Source: Desulfomonilia bacterium (GTDB lineage: Bacteria; Desulfobacterota; Desulfomonilia; UBA1062). From it: a stretch of DNA of 64,000 nucleotides. Location: positions 32,001 to 96,000 of the forward strand of contig JBEKDT010000014.1 of assembly GCA_050014195.1 (NCBI GenBank), read 5' to 3'. The notes beneath the pieces were generated by a model. The model searched no databases. It saw only the letters and a program-made list of their open reading frames with translations, and was not told the origin of the DNA. Both the position numbers and the translations under genes were made by a program. Shown piece after piece: positions 19,059 through 28,542 of this stretch. Each line of letters opens with the position of its first letter. Within the stretch, counting starts at the first letter, position 1.

Positions 19059-19154
19059 GAATGCAATGCCGACTGGCTCACCAACCCGGTATTCGACCCG
19101 TTCACCCAGACTGCAGAATACAAGGCTTGTGCAGTGGCCGTCGAGAAGATCTGA
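19059..19154 (+). pseudogene. 3' remnant of a formate dehydrogenase alpha / molybdopterin oxidoreductase gene
   Basis: Translates ECNADWLTNPVFDPFTQTAEYKACAVAVEKI*, matching the FdhF/FdhA C-terminal pattern N.LT...DP....EYK.CAV.VEK. The upstream frame is unrelated. Confidence 0.7.
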
Positions 19155-19281
19155 AGTCTGTTGGGGGAGACGATTTCCCCCAACGCCCTTCGCTTGTGTT
19201 AAATCTTCCAGAAATATTGGTATAAGGAAACTACCGCTGTTTTTATTCCGTGAACTGACCATGGTTGCTTGCGGCAGAGAA

Positions 19282-19299
19282 TATGTTAAAGTTAACATA
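19282..19299. promoter_or_regulatory. Inverted repeat upstream of modA, candidate Mo/W-responsive operator
   Basis: TATGTTAA-AG-TTAACATA, 23 bp before the modA start. Confidence 0.5.
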
Positions 19300-19322
19300 A
19301 AACAAATAAAGGGACATCCATT

Positions 19323-20066
19323 ATGAAGATCCGGGCAATCATCTTTGTATTTTGTATTATTTTTGGTTTTGCATTTAGTGCTTCTGCCCAGGACAAGATC
19401 ACGGTGGCGGTTGCGGCGAATTTCATCGAGCCGTTCAAGGAGATAGCCGTGCTGTTCGAGACGAATACCCACATCCGCCCAGAGCCGACATTCTCTTCAA
19501 CCGGAAAGCTCTTTGCACAGATCAATGAAGGTGCACCTTACGATGTGTTCCTCTCTGCGGATGAGAAGAGGCCGGAGGAGCTTTATCAGAAGGGGCTTTC
19601 AGGGAAACCCTTTGTTTATGCAAAGGGTGAGGTCGTGCTGTGGACCGCACGGAAAGACCTTTGTGATGCAGGTGAGTGGAAGGCGATACTCGTGAGATCC
19701 GATGTGAAAAAGATCGCCATTGCCAACATTGAGACAGCGCCCTATGGCACTGCATCCATGATGGCCTTGAAGGATGCCGGTCTATGGGACAGCCTGCAGG
19801 GAAAATTCGTCTTTCCCCAGGACATTGCCCAGGCCTTTCAGTATGCCTCTACCGGAAGTGTGGATGCAGGGTTCTGCGCCCTTTCTTCCGCTCTTTCACA
19901 GCAGGGCAAGGCCGGGTGTTACCTTGTGGTGAAGGAAGCGCCTGGTGTTGTCCAGGCCGCATGCGTGCTGGGTAGGACAGGACAGAGAGCGGCTGCCGGG
20001 AAGTTTGCCGCATTCCTCCTCTCTCCAGAGGCGGAAACGGTGAAGAAGAAATACGGGTACAAGTAG
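19323..20066 (+). CDS. modA: Molybdate ABC transporter substrate-binding protein
   Basis: Signal peptide, AVAANF, SSTGKLFAQI..GAPYDVFLSAD and IAIAN..TAPYG. Confidence 0.95.
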   Translation: MKIRAIIFVFCIIFGFAFSASAQDKITVAVAANFIEPFKEIAVLFETNTHIRPEPTFSSTGKLFAQINEGAPYDVFLSADEKRPEELYQKGLSGKPFVYAKGEVVLWTARKDLCDAGEWKAILVRSDVKKIAIANIETAPYGTASMMALKDAGLWDSLQGKFVFPQDIAQAFQYASTGSVDAGFCALSSALSQQGKAGCYLVVKEAPGVVQAACVLGRTGQRAAAGKFAAFLLSPEAETVKKKYGYK

Positions 20067-20068
20067 GG

Positions 20069-20734
20069 ATGGACCTCGTCGCGTTATCTCTCTCCATCAA
20101 GCTTGCCGTGGTGAGCACGATCGTATTGATCATCATCGCGGCCCCGCTTTCCTATTCGCTTGTGTTTCATCGTATCCCGGGAAGATCCTTCGTGGAGGCG
20201 CTCATCAACCTCCCCATCGTACTCCCGCCGACAGTGCTGGGTTTTTACCTCCTCGTGGCCATGGGCCCGAAGGGAGGCATCGGCTCTGCGTGGGAGGGGG
20301 TATTCGGATCTCCCCTCTTGTTTACCTTCACCGGAATCGTTATCGCTTCTATCATCTACAGCCTGCCCTTTGCCGTTGCCCCCATGAAAGCTTCCTTTGC
20401 CAGGATGGAACCACGCCTTGTGGAAAATGCACAGGTGCTTGGGCTTTCCCCTGTTGCGATCTTCTTCAGGGTGATTCTCCCAAACTCTTTAGCCGGGATT
20501 GCGGCTTCAGCCATCCTTGTCTTTTTGCATACCATCGGCGAGTTCGGGGTGATCCTCATGGTGGGCGGCAGTATCCCGGGCAAGACCAAGGTGGCATCCA
20601 TCGCCATCTATGAAGCCGTAGAGGCATTGCGGTATCAGGATGCCTGGCTGATGTCCATCACACTTGTCCCTGTGTGCTTTGTGTTTCTGCTCATGGTGAA
20701 CCGGCTCACACCCGAGGTGCGCCATGGGGCTTGA
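20069..20734 (+). CDS. modB: Molybdate ABC transporter permease
   Basis: LPIVLPPTVLGFYLL and GEFGVILMVGGSIPG.T motifs. Confidence 0.95.
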   Translation: MDLVALSLSIKLAVVSTIVLIIIAAPLSYSLVFHRIPGRSFVEALINLPIVLPPTVLGFYLLVAMGPKGGIGSAWEGVFGSPLLFTFTGIVIASIIYSLPFAVAPMKASFARMEPRLVENAQVLGLSPVAIFFRVILPNSLAGIAASAILVFLHTIGEFGVILMVGGSIPGKTKVASIAIYEAVEALRYQDAWLMSITLVPVCFVFLLMVNRLTPEVRHGA

Positions 20735-21485
20735 TGTCCGGATAAAGAAGAGGCTCAAGGACCTTGAGCTCAATGTAATGTTCTCCTGCGAGGACGGGAG
20801 GCTGCTCGCCATCGTAGGCCCCTCGGGCGCAGGGAAAACCACCATCATACGCATACTGGCCGGCCTCCAGAAACCGGACCAGGGCCTCATTATCTGTAAA
20901 GAAGAGATATGGGCCAGCACGAAAGATAAGATCCATGTGCCTGCCAGGAAGAGGGGAATCGGATATGTATTTCAGGAATTCACCCTGTTCCCTCATCTGA
21001 GTGTCTATAAAAACGTGGCCTTTGCCGCAAAGGACGGGCAGAGAGTGGATGATCTCTTAAGGCTGTTCGATATCTGGCACATCAGGGACAGCAAACCACA
21101 TAAGATTTCAGGCGGGGAACGCCAGCGGTGCGCCATATGCCAGGCCTTAGCCCGATCACCAAAAGTCTTGCTCTTGGACGAGCCGTTTTCAGCCCTTGAT
21201 GCGCTGACCCGAAGGAAGCTCCGCGAGATGGTAAAGACCCTGAAAAATGAACTCCATATCCCCATCATTCATGTGACCCATGACATCCGGGAGGCCCTTT
21301 TCCTGGCCGATGACATCCTGCCGGTAGTACGGGGCAGGGTAGAGAGCAAGTGGATGCTGCAGTTCATGCTCATGTCCAGGGAGGTCGGCCGGTGTCTTGG
21401 CCACGGCATCGGTGCCGGAAATAATGAAGAAGAGGAAATCGAGCTATCTATTGCCACGAATGCTACGAAGGAGTCCATGCGATGA
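20724..21485 (+). CDS. modC: Molybdate ABC transporter ATP-binding protein (no TOBE domain)
   Basis: GPSGAGKT, SGGERQR, LLLDEPFSALD and HVTHD motifs, following modB. Confidence 0.9.
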   Translation: MGLDVRIKKRLKDLELNVMFSCEDGRLLAIVGPSGAGKTTIIRILAGLQKPDQGLIICKEEIWASTKDKIHVPARKRGIGYVFQEFTLFPHLSVYKNVAFAAKDGQRVDDLLRLFDIWHIRDSKPHKISGGERQRCAICQALARSPKVLLLDEPFSALDALTRRKLREMVKTLKNELHIPIIHVTHDIREALFLADDILPVVRGRVESKWMLQFMLMSREVGRCLGHGIGAGNNEEEEIELSIATNATKESMR

Positions 21486-22120
21486 ATATCGGACCCTATT
21501 CCATTGAAGACTACATGCACTTGGTCAAATCATTTCACGGCAACATTGCGCCCGGGCTCATCATCGGCGGGTTTATGGCGGACCTGGCCATGAAAAATAT
21601 CCCGGACGGGGTCCTGTTCGATGCCATCAGCGAGACCCAGACCTGCCTGCCGGATGCCATCCAGCTGCTGACACCCTGTACTATTGGAAACGGCTGGCTC
21701 AAGGTCATGGACTTCGGCCGTTATGCCCTGTGCCTGTATGACAAAAACCAGGGGAAAGGGGTACGGGTGTTTCTCGATACGGAAAAGCTCAAGGGCTGGC
21801 CGGAGATCAATACCTGGTTCTTCAAACTCAAGCCCAAAAAGGAGCAGGACCCGATCATCCTCAGGGACCGGATCATCGATGCAGGCCCGGACATCCTTAC
21901 TGTTCAACATGTCACGGTGGACAACGCTTTTCTTGGCAAGAAGGGTAAGGGGGCCATTGGGACGTGCCCTTCGTGCGGTGAGGCATACCCGGCCAAGGAC
22001 GGTACTGTCTGCCTTGCCTGCCAGGGAGGCAGCCCGTATTGCAGCGATCCTCTTGGCCAGGCACAGGATTACAGACCGACTCTTGCGGTTGTTCCCGCGG
22101 TGAAGCCGGATAAAGTATGA
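21482..22120 (+). CDS. FmdE family protein with C-terminal zinc finger
   Basis: FHGNIAPG, CLPDAIQLLTPCTIGNG and CPSCGE...CLAC. Confidence 0.85.
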   Translation: MNIGPYSIEDYMHLVKSFHGNIAPGLIIGGFMADLAMKNIPDGVLFDAISETQTCLPDAIQLLTPCTIGNGWLKVMDFGRYALCLYDKNQGKGVRVFLDTEKLKGWPEINTWFFKLKPKKEQDPIILRDRIIDAGPDILTVQHVTVDNAFLGKKGKGAIGTCPSCGEAYPAKDGTVCLACQGGSPYCSDPLGQAQDYRPTLAVVPAVKPDKV

Positions 22121-22358
22121 ACTCAGAGCAGATGCTTAAGGAGGTAATGAAAGCAGCAGGCCCCAGGCCCATACAGATCAACACCGGTCATGTCTGATTG
22201 TTTCCCATGGCAGATAAGACACCTTCAAAAAACTCCCTGCCCCTGTATCCCACTTACCTTTCTTCGCATAATCGAGTATTGTAGTGTGACAAAAAGGCTT
22301 CGATCCGGAATACCAGGCCTGGTCTTATCCGTATATTTAGGAACAAGGGAGGTATATC

Positions 22359-22631
22359 ATGAAGCCCAATGTCATCATCATCAACACACAGGATAATGTT
22401 GCAGTGGCCCTGGAAGACATCCCTGAAGGAGGAATTGTGACCCTGCCCGGAGGGGGTGAGTTCACGGCGCTCGAAAGGATCCCTTACAGCCACAAGGTGG
22501 CGTTAACGGATATTAAGCCAGGCATGGCAGTACATAAATACGGTGAGACGATCGGGTATGCCTTGGGAGATATCAAAAAAGGCGCATGGGTCCACACACA
22601 CAATCTCACCATCGATGGGGTAATGGTATGA
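22359..22631 (+). CDS. UxaA/SuyA-type SAF domain small subunit
   Basis: DNVAVAL, IPYSHKVAL, KYGETIG and WVHTHN motifs. Confidence 0.9.
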   Translation: MKPNVIIINTQDNVAVALEDIPEGGIVTLPGGGEFTALERIPYSHKVALTDIKPGMAVHKYGETIGYALGDIKKGAWVHTHNLTIDGVMV

Positions 22632-23791
22632 AGCGTGATACCGTTCAAGGCTATGTCCGGCCCGATGGCTCGATCGGCATCAGGAACTACGTTGCTGTTA
22701 TCCCTACGGTGGCGTGTGCGAATGGCGTGGCGGACATGATCGGACGGGAGGTTAAGGGAACGGTCCCCCTCCTGCACGGCCACGGATGCGGTCGTGCTCT
22801 CGAGATAGGCATGCAGACAAATACCCTTGCAGGCCTGGGTAAGAACCCCAATGTCTCGGGCGCCATTGTCATCGGCCTCGGGTGCGAGACCATCAGCGCC
22901 GAGGCCGTTGCGTCCGAGATCGCAAAGACTCTCAAGCCTGTTGAGTTTTTCCTTATCCAGAACGAGGGCGGATCGCGCAAGACAGCGGTCAAGGGCATCC
23001 GGTCCGCAAAGAAGATGGTGGATGATGCATCCGGCATGAAGCGGGTCGAATGCCCTCTGGAGTCCATCACCATGGGGCTCGAGTGCGGGGGGTCGGATGC
23101 CTTCTCGGGCGTCACGGCAAACCCTGCTGTGGGGCTCGTATCCGACTGGCTGGTGGATGCCGGTGGTACGGTGATACTGACGGAGAACACCGAGATGATC
23201 GGAACCTCCCACATCCTCTCGAAGAGGGCAAAGACCCCGGAGGTGGGCCAGAGGATCGTGCAGATCATCGAGACTGCGGAAAAGCGCACCAAGGATATCT
23301 TAGGACCGCTGGCCTCCTATGTTATAGCGCCCGGCAACATGGACGGCGGCATGAGCTCCATCCAGGAGAAATCACTGGGGTGTATCTGCAAGGCAGGAAG
23401 CCGCCCCATCAATGGGGTAGTGGAGTACGGTCGGAATCCAAATGACAAAGGACTCGTCATCCTGGACGGCCCGGGTTATGATATGGAATCCATGGCAGGC
23501 CTCGGTGCGGCAGGCTGCCAGCTCATTATCTTCACTACGGGAAGAGGGACACCCGCTGGTTTTCCCATCATACCGGTCATCAAGGTATCGAGTACGACCA
23601 GGCTCTTCCTCGCCATGGAGGATGATATCGACGTGAATGCGGGCGCCGTGCTCGAAGGTGTGACCCTGGAGCGGATTGCAGAGGAGATCATCGACCTGTC
23701 CATCGATGTGATAAACGGCAGGAAATCAAAGGCGGAGCTGAACCGGCAGGGTGGCATCTTATGCCTTTATGCCGCTACTCCTGCTTTCTGA
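22628..23791 (+). CDS. UxaA/GarD/SuyB family dehydratase/lyase large subunit
   Basis: GYVRPDGSIGIRN, GLGCE, ECGGSD, EKSLG and FTTGRGTP motifs. ATGA overlap with the SAF gene. Confidence 0.9.
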   Translation: MKRDTVQGYVRPDGSIGIRNYVAVIPTVACANGVADMIGREVKGTVPLLHGHGCGRALEIGMQTNTLAGLGKNPNVSGAIVIGLGCETISAEAVASEIAKTLKPVEFFLIQNEGGSRKTAVKGIRSAKKMVDDASGMKRVECPLESITMGLECGGSDAFSGVTANPAVGLVSDWLVDAGGTVILTENTEMIGTSHILSKRAKTPEVGQRIVQIIETAEKRTKDILGPLASYVIAPGNMDGGMSSIQEKSLGCICKAGSRPINGVVEYGRNPNDKGLVILDGPGYDMESMAGLGAAGCQLIIFTTGRGTPAGFPIIPVIKVSSTTRLFLAMEDDIDVNAGAVLEGVTLERIAEEIIDLSIDVINGRKSKAELNRQGGILCLYAATPAF

Positions 23792-23838
23792 TTATAATAG
23801 GTTAAGTTATTCTCATCAGGTAAAAACATGGGGGGAAT

Positions 23839-25674
23839 ATGGCTCGAAAAAGCAGTATGGCAGGCAAGCATCTCTCGATGGAGAAACAGGTCGGGCGAAG
23901 GTCGTTTATAAAAAAGATGACAGCACTCCTTGGAGGGATAACCTTCATGAGCTGGGGGTTGTTTCCCCTGAGAATCATGGGCACTACTTTACCCGCCGGG
24001 GACTCGGCAAACAATCGAGAGAAACTTATCTTCATTGCCATCGATGCCCTTAACCCGAAATATTTAGAGCTCGATGCCAAGGGATTCCCGGGAGGTAGCG
24101 AAGGAAATTGGCTCATGCCCAATATCCGTGCATTCATAAAAAAATCATTGTGGTACAGGAATGCAAAATCCTTTCTCCCTGCCGCCACGGATATGAACCA
24201 CCTCAATGCCCTGGCAGGGACGTCTTCGGCACAGACCGGGATCATCAGTGTATGGGCCCAGCCAACCGGATGGGACGAGAGCGGTGAGGCTGTCATACAA
24301 CGTACAAGCATGTCATTTGCAAGGGATGATAAAGGCAGGCCCGTTGATACCCTCTTCCATGCCTGGAAGAGGCGCCGGCCAGGCTCCAGGACACTTCTCA
24401 TCACAGGCAAGGAATGGGTGGGCGAGATGTTCCGCGATAATCCGGCCGGTTCGGGCATCGATATCCTGGTGACCGGGGTGAACCATCCCGACTATCTTAA
24501 GCAACCACACCCCGAAAGCTTCGCCCATCCGGCCACAGACAAGAATGCGGCCTGTGATCCTGCATCAACACACCTCGGGTACTTCGGGGGGTCTATGAGG
24601 ACGAGCGATGTCATGACCCGGCTTTATACAGGCCAAGGGAGCCTCCTGACATGGCAGATGGAGCATTTCTCCAACCATTTTCCCCATGACAGGTGGATTG
24701 TGGATTCGACCCTTGAGATATTCAGGCGTGAGAATCCTGACATGGCCTACATTCTTCTTGCCCAGTGCGATGATGCAGGGCACTGCATCGGATGTGCATC
24801 AGATCCGTCGGAATTCATAAACGCATCGGAGGCGTATGAACCGCCCGAAGGGTGCGAGAACAAGCCCGAATATCAGCTGGTAAGCATGAGGAACAAGCTC
24901 TTGTACCGAGAGGCGGCCTTAAATGTCATCCGCGATGTAGACATCCAGTTCGGCCGTCTTATCGATGGCCTGGAGAAACAGGGTGTGCTCGGTCATGCAA
25001 GGATCATTCTTTTGAGCGACCATTCTGCAGTGAACCACCTTTATACCGAAGACTTCTCATCTACCGATTGCATGGGCCTATTAGAGAATGCAGGGATAGT
25101 GGAGAAGAGAGGGATCCTGGAGAAGAAGACAGTCTATGCCTTCAGCGTGAGCAGCTACGGGGTTCTGTACTGGCGCGTCAACAAGGATCGTGTACCCAAA
25201 GCAAAGGCCTTTCTCCGGGCTCACAGGGTATTGAACCCCCAGACCGGGGTCAAGGAGTGCCCGTGGTGGGTACTGGACCGTACCGACATGAAGAACGGCA
25301 TCGAAGGCGTATGCCTTCCGGGAGAGCTCTATCATACCTATTATGTTGACGTTGACAGGGAAAAGACCGTTATATGGCCCGACCTCATCATCTTTGCGAA
25401 AAACGGCTGGCAGATACCGGTGTATAACGGCCAGATCCCCAATGTGGGCATCAAGGCGCCGACATGGTCACCTCCGTGGCGGGTGTACAACGGAGGCCAC
25501 GGCTCGGTGGATACGCTTCCCATCGTTGCCGCAATATCAGTGCCCGGCGGCAAGACAGGCATACAAGACAGGCCCATCCTTATTGCCGATCTGGCCGTTA
25601 CGGCCGCTTCTCTCTTTGGTTTAGAATTGAAGAGCACTACGATCGGAAAGGATCTGAGCAGAGACCTTCTCTGA
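23839..25674 (+). CDS. Tat-exported alkaline phosphatase superfamily (nucleotide pyrophosphatase/phosphodiesterase-like) protein
   Basis: GRRSFIK twin-arginine motif, IAIDAL, PAATDMNH (Thr nucleophile), DDAGH, LSDH and GGHG. Confidence 0.75.
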   Translation: MARKSSMAGKHLSMEKQVGRRSFIKKMTALLGGITFMSWGLFPLRIMGTTLPAGDSANNREKLIFIAIDALNPKYLELDAKGFPGGSEGNWLMPNIRAFIKKSLWYRNAKSFLPAATDMNHLNALAGTSSAQTGIISVWAQPTGWDESGEAVIQRTSMSFARDDKGRPVDTLFHAWKRRRPGSRTLLITGKEWVGEMFRDNPAGSGIDILVTGVNHPDYLKQPHPESFAHPATDKNAACDPASTHLGYFGGSMRTSDVMTRLYTGQGSLLTWQMEHFSNHFPHDRWIVDSTLEIFRRENPDMAYILLAQCDDAGHCIGCASDPSEFINASEAYEPPEGCENKPEYQLVSMRNKLLYREAALNVIRDVDIQFGRLIDGLEKQGVLGHARIILLSDHSAVNHLYTEDFSSTDCMGLLENAGIVEKRGILEKKTVYAFSVSSYGVLYWRVNKDRVPKAKAFLRAHRVLNPQTGVKECPWWVLDRTDMKNGIEGVCLPGELYHTYYVDVDREKTVIWPDLIIFAKNGWQIPVYNGQIPNVGIKAPTWSPPWRVYNGGHGSVDTLPIVAAISVPGGKTGIQDRPILIADLAVTAASLFGLELKSTTIGKDLSRDLL

Positions 25675-25840
25675 GTTGTTATTGCATCGACGCGGTTCTT
25701 TATCAGAAGGAATACGAAAGGGTAAGAGAGCCGAATACCTCTCCCGTATCCTGAGTGAGGATTTTATGCCATAATTGCAGTTGATTTCCTTGCCATGCTC
25801 ATTCATATAATCCCTGAAAAAAAGATTTTAGGTAAAAATC

Positions 25841-26215
25841 ATGCAGGACGACACAAGAGATAAAACTCATCCATGCCTTACCTGTGGGGCGTGCTGCGCC
25901 TACTTCAGGGCATCGTTCTACTGGGCCGAGGCCGATGATACAACCCCCGGCGGGGTGCCTGCGAACATGACCAGGAAGCTGGGCAAGTTCCGCAGGTCCA
26001 TGATCGGCATGGACGGTACCAAACCCAGGTGTATCGCCCTTGAAGGAGAGATCGGCAAGGCAGTGTTCTGTTCCATCTATGAAAGGCGGGCCTCGGTGTG
26101 CCGCGCATTCGATCCCTCATGGGAGAAGGGCGCGCCTAACGAGCGTTGCGACAGGGCCAGAGAAGCATGGGGACTCGGGCTGTTGAACCCCGATGTCTGG
26201 AATGAAAGCAAATAA
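25841..26215 (+). CDS. YkgJ family cysteine-cluster protein
   Basis: CLTCGACC...RCIAL...CSIYERRASVCRAF. Confidence 0.9.
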   Translation: MQDDTRDKTHPCLTCGACCAYFRASFYWAEADDTTPGGVPANMTRKLGKFRRSMIGMDGTKPRCIALEGEIGKAVFCSIYERRASVCRAFDPSWEKGAPNERCDRAREAWGLGLLNPDVWNESK

Positions 26216-26389
26216 TTGGGATGTGAAAGGAAGTTATGGTGCGAAACCTCCATTTCATATAGTTATGTGGACATTCTTCTCGGTAATGGTTCGTTATGAT
26301 TTTAGGATGATATAATCCCTGTAGAGAGATTCCATGTAATAGCGCATAATCGACAATTTCCCATGCCAATCAAAGAGCAATAAATATCT

Positions 26390-26426
26390 AATAAACTACC
26401 CCGCTGCTTGCGGGGGGTAGTTTATT
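26390..26426. terminator. Bidirectional hairpin terminator
   Basis: AATAAACTACCCCGC...GCGGGGGGTAGTTTATT between convergent genes. Confidence 0.55.
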
Positions 26427-26799
26427 AAGCGATCTTTCTGCTCCGTTTCTTCAACCTGCTGATGCGCCGGCGGAGGATGGCGACCCTGGTTTTCTCCTTA
26501 TTTTCAAGCGCGGATGCCTTCGCCCCTTTGAGCTCCCTGATCTTGGCCTTTATATCCTGCCTGGTGAGGACAACCTTTACCTTAACCTTCTTTTTCTTTT
26601 CATGATGTACAGGCCCTTCGTCCTTGATTCCCCGTGCCTGTTTGATGAACGCCGTGAGCTGATCCTTGGTCATATCCCGCACAGCGACCTCGGTATGCTC
26701 ATGGGGGATCTCCAGTGCGACCTCCCTGAGTTCCTTGACGGTCATCTTATCAATGGGCTTTTCTTCCTTAGGGTGTTTCTTCTTGCTTTCTTCAGGCAT
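26425..26799 (-). CDS. Basic hypothetical protein with Rho-N/HeH-like N-terminus
   Basis: IDKMTVKELREVA...MTKDQL..FI, lysine-rich. GGAGG RBS before ATG 26799. Confidence 0.65.
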   Translation of the reverse strand: MPEESKKKHPKEEKPIDKMTVKELREVALEIPHEHTEVAVRDMTKDQLTAFIKQARGIKDEGPVHHEKKKKVKVKVVLTRQDIKAKIRELKGAKASALENKEKTRVAILRRRISRLKKRSRKIA

Positions 26800-27034
26800 G
26801 GATACGATCCTCCTCCCTCTGGTTATAATCCGCACATGAAGGCCGTAAATCGAGGAGACTCTTAAGGATGAGGTATCATGTTGGCGTCAGGTCTGCATCC
26901 CCTTAAGATTCCCCGCGACGCGGCCAATGATACATTGTAACGGACAAGGGATTTTCAAACAATAGAAAAATTGTAGAATGCCGGCAATCAGGATTGCGTG
27001 ACTAGTGAATAGTGAATACCTCTCGCCACTGCCT

Positions 27035-28486
27035 TCATCCCACAATAAGCAGCTGGATGTCGCAGACATTCGTTTTTGTCGGGCCTGTCTTGAAGAGGAG
27101 GCCCCGGGCCTCGAAAAAATGATAAGCGTCATTTTCGTCAAGATGATCCATGGCTTCAAGCTCATGCCCCCTCATGATCTCCATCAGATCCGGGGTCACA
27201 AAAGCGCCTGCAGCATCTGTGGGGCCATCGATCCCGTCTGTGCCGGCTGAGAGAAAGAAGATGTTCTTCGGGTCAGGACAGGATTTGTACAGATCTAAGG
27301 CAAAGGCGAGGGCTATCTCCTGGTTCCTGCCGCCCATCCCTCTTCCCCGAATGGTCACTGTGGTCTCCCCGCCGGTGATGAGCAATGCGGGTTTATTCAA
27401 GCCGGATTTACCAAAAGCTATGTCTCTGGCAACCAATGATAAACAGCCTCCCACCCGGCGTGCCTCGCCTGACACGGTCGTGGTGAGGATGTGGGCATCG
27501 TACCCCAGCCTTTTGCCGCATTCAAGTGAAGCCCTGCATGCAAGCGAGTTGTTCCCGATAATGATATTTTCTGTGTTTTGAAATGCCCTATCTCCTGTTT
27601 TGGGAGTCTCGTGGATTAGCCCATCAGCGCCTGCAATGAGCCGATCTTTTACTGCTTTGGGTATCTTGGATTCGATATGGTACTTCTTCAGAATAGAAAG
27701 GGCTTCGTCAAATGTCGTGGGGTCAGGGGCCGTGATGCCGGAGGCAATGGTATCGACCCTATCCCCTACAACATCCGAGAGGATGAGGTTGATGAGTCTG
27801 GCCGGGTAGGACAACTTTGCAAAGTTGCCGCCTTTTACTAAAGAGATGTGCTTCCTGATGCAGTTCATCTCATCGATGGTTGCACCTGATGCAAGCAGAA
27901 CCTTGGTCGTTTCAATCTTGTCCTTAAGGGTTAACCCGTCCGCAGGCAGGCTGAACAGCGATGATCCCCCGCCTGAGATGAGGTTGATAATGAGTGTTCC
28001 CTCATCGGCATCATTTACAAGCCGTGTAAGTATGTGGGCCCCCTCCATACTGTTTGTGTCCGGTATGGGGTGGCCGGCCTCCCTGATGCGGATCTTGTGA
28101 AGGCTCTCGCCATGCCCGTATTTTGTTATAACAAAACCCTGGCTCAGCGCTTCACCCAGGATGTCTTCCATGGCCGCCGCCATCCTGGCGGATGCCTTGC
28201 CTATGCCCAGGACCATCACGTGCCTGTAGTGTGAAAGGTCTTCCGAGATAACCTTTCCATCGGCATCAATGATCAGTGTGCTGCCTTCTTTTCTTACCCG
28301 TCGTTTCATGAGGCCCTCTGGATCTACCTCTTTGATTGCCGCCCAGTATATGGCCTCAAGATCTTTCACGCTCACCTTTGCATTCCCTCGTGCTTTGATT
28401 AATCTTTTGCAATGTCTTTGGGTCCAAGTATCCTTCAATGACCGGATCATTGCAAGGGTGTGTGCATGTTTTATCTTTATGAACAA
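27035..28486 (-). CDS. Glycerate kinase type 2 (MOFRL/TtuD family)
   Basis: GIGKAS, EAGHP.PD, LISGGGSSL, GGETTV, GGRNQE, GTDGIDG and TGPT.TNV.D motifs. Start uncertain. Confidence 0.92.
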   Translation of the reverse strand: MFIKIKHAHTLAMIRSLKDTWTQRHCKRLIKARGNAKVSVKDLEAIYWAAIKEVDPEGLMKRRVRKEGSTLIIDADGKVISEDLSHYRHVMVLGIGKASARMAAAMEDILGEALSQGFVITKYGHGESLHKIRIREAGHPIPDTNSMEGAHILTRLVNDADEGTLIINLISGGGSSLFSLPADGLTLKDKIETTKVLLASGATIDEMNCIRKHISLVKGGNFAKLSYPARLINLILSDVVGDRVDTIASGITAPDPTTFDEALSILKKYHIESKIPKAVKDRLIAGADGLIHETPKTGDRAFQNTENIIIGNNSLACRASLECGKRLGYDAHILTTTVSGEARRVGGCLSLVARDIAFGKSGLNKPALLITGGETTVTIRGRGMGGRNQEIALAFALDLYKSCPDPKNIFFLSAGTDGIDGPTDAAGAFVTPDLMEIMRGHELEAMDHLDENDAYHFFEARGLLFKTGPTKTNVCDIQLLIVG

Positions 28487-28542
28487 AAGGCCTGATGATA
28501 TGCAAAGGGGGAAAACCGCGCAAGGGAGGTAAGGACAGGATC

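Noticed and set aside
18924-19472. 182-aa minus-strand ORF and 86-aa plus-strand ORF 19066-19326
   Set aside because: The first overlaps modA and both cross AT-rich promoter DNA. The meaningful signal is the Fdh remnant in another frame.
26390-26426. IS200/IS605 end hairpin
   Set aside because: No tnpA/tnpB is nearby. Its position right after a stop between convergent genes fits a terminator.
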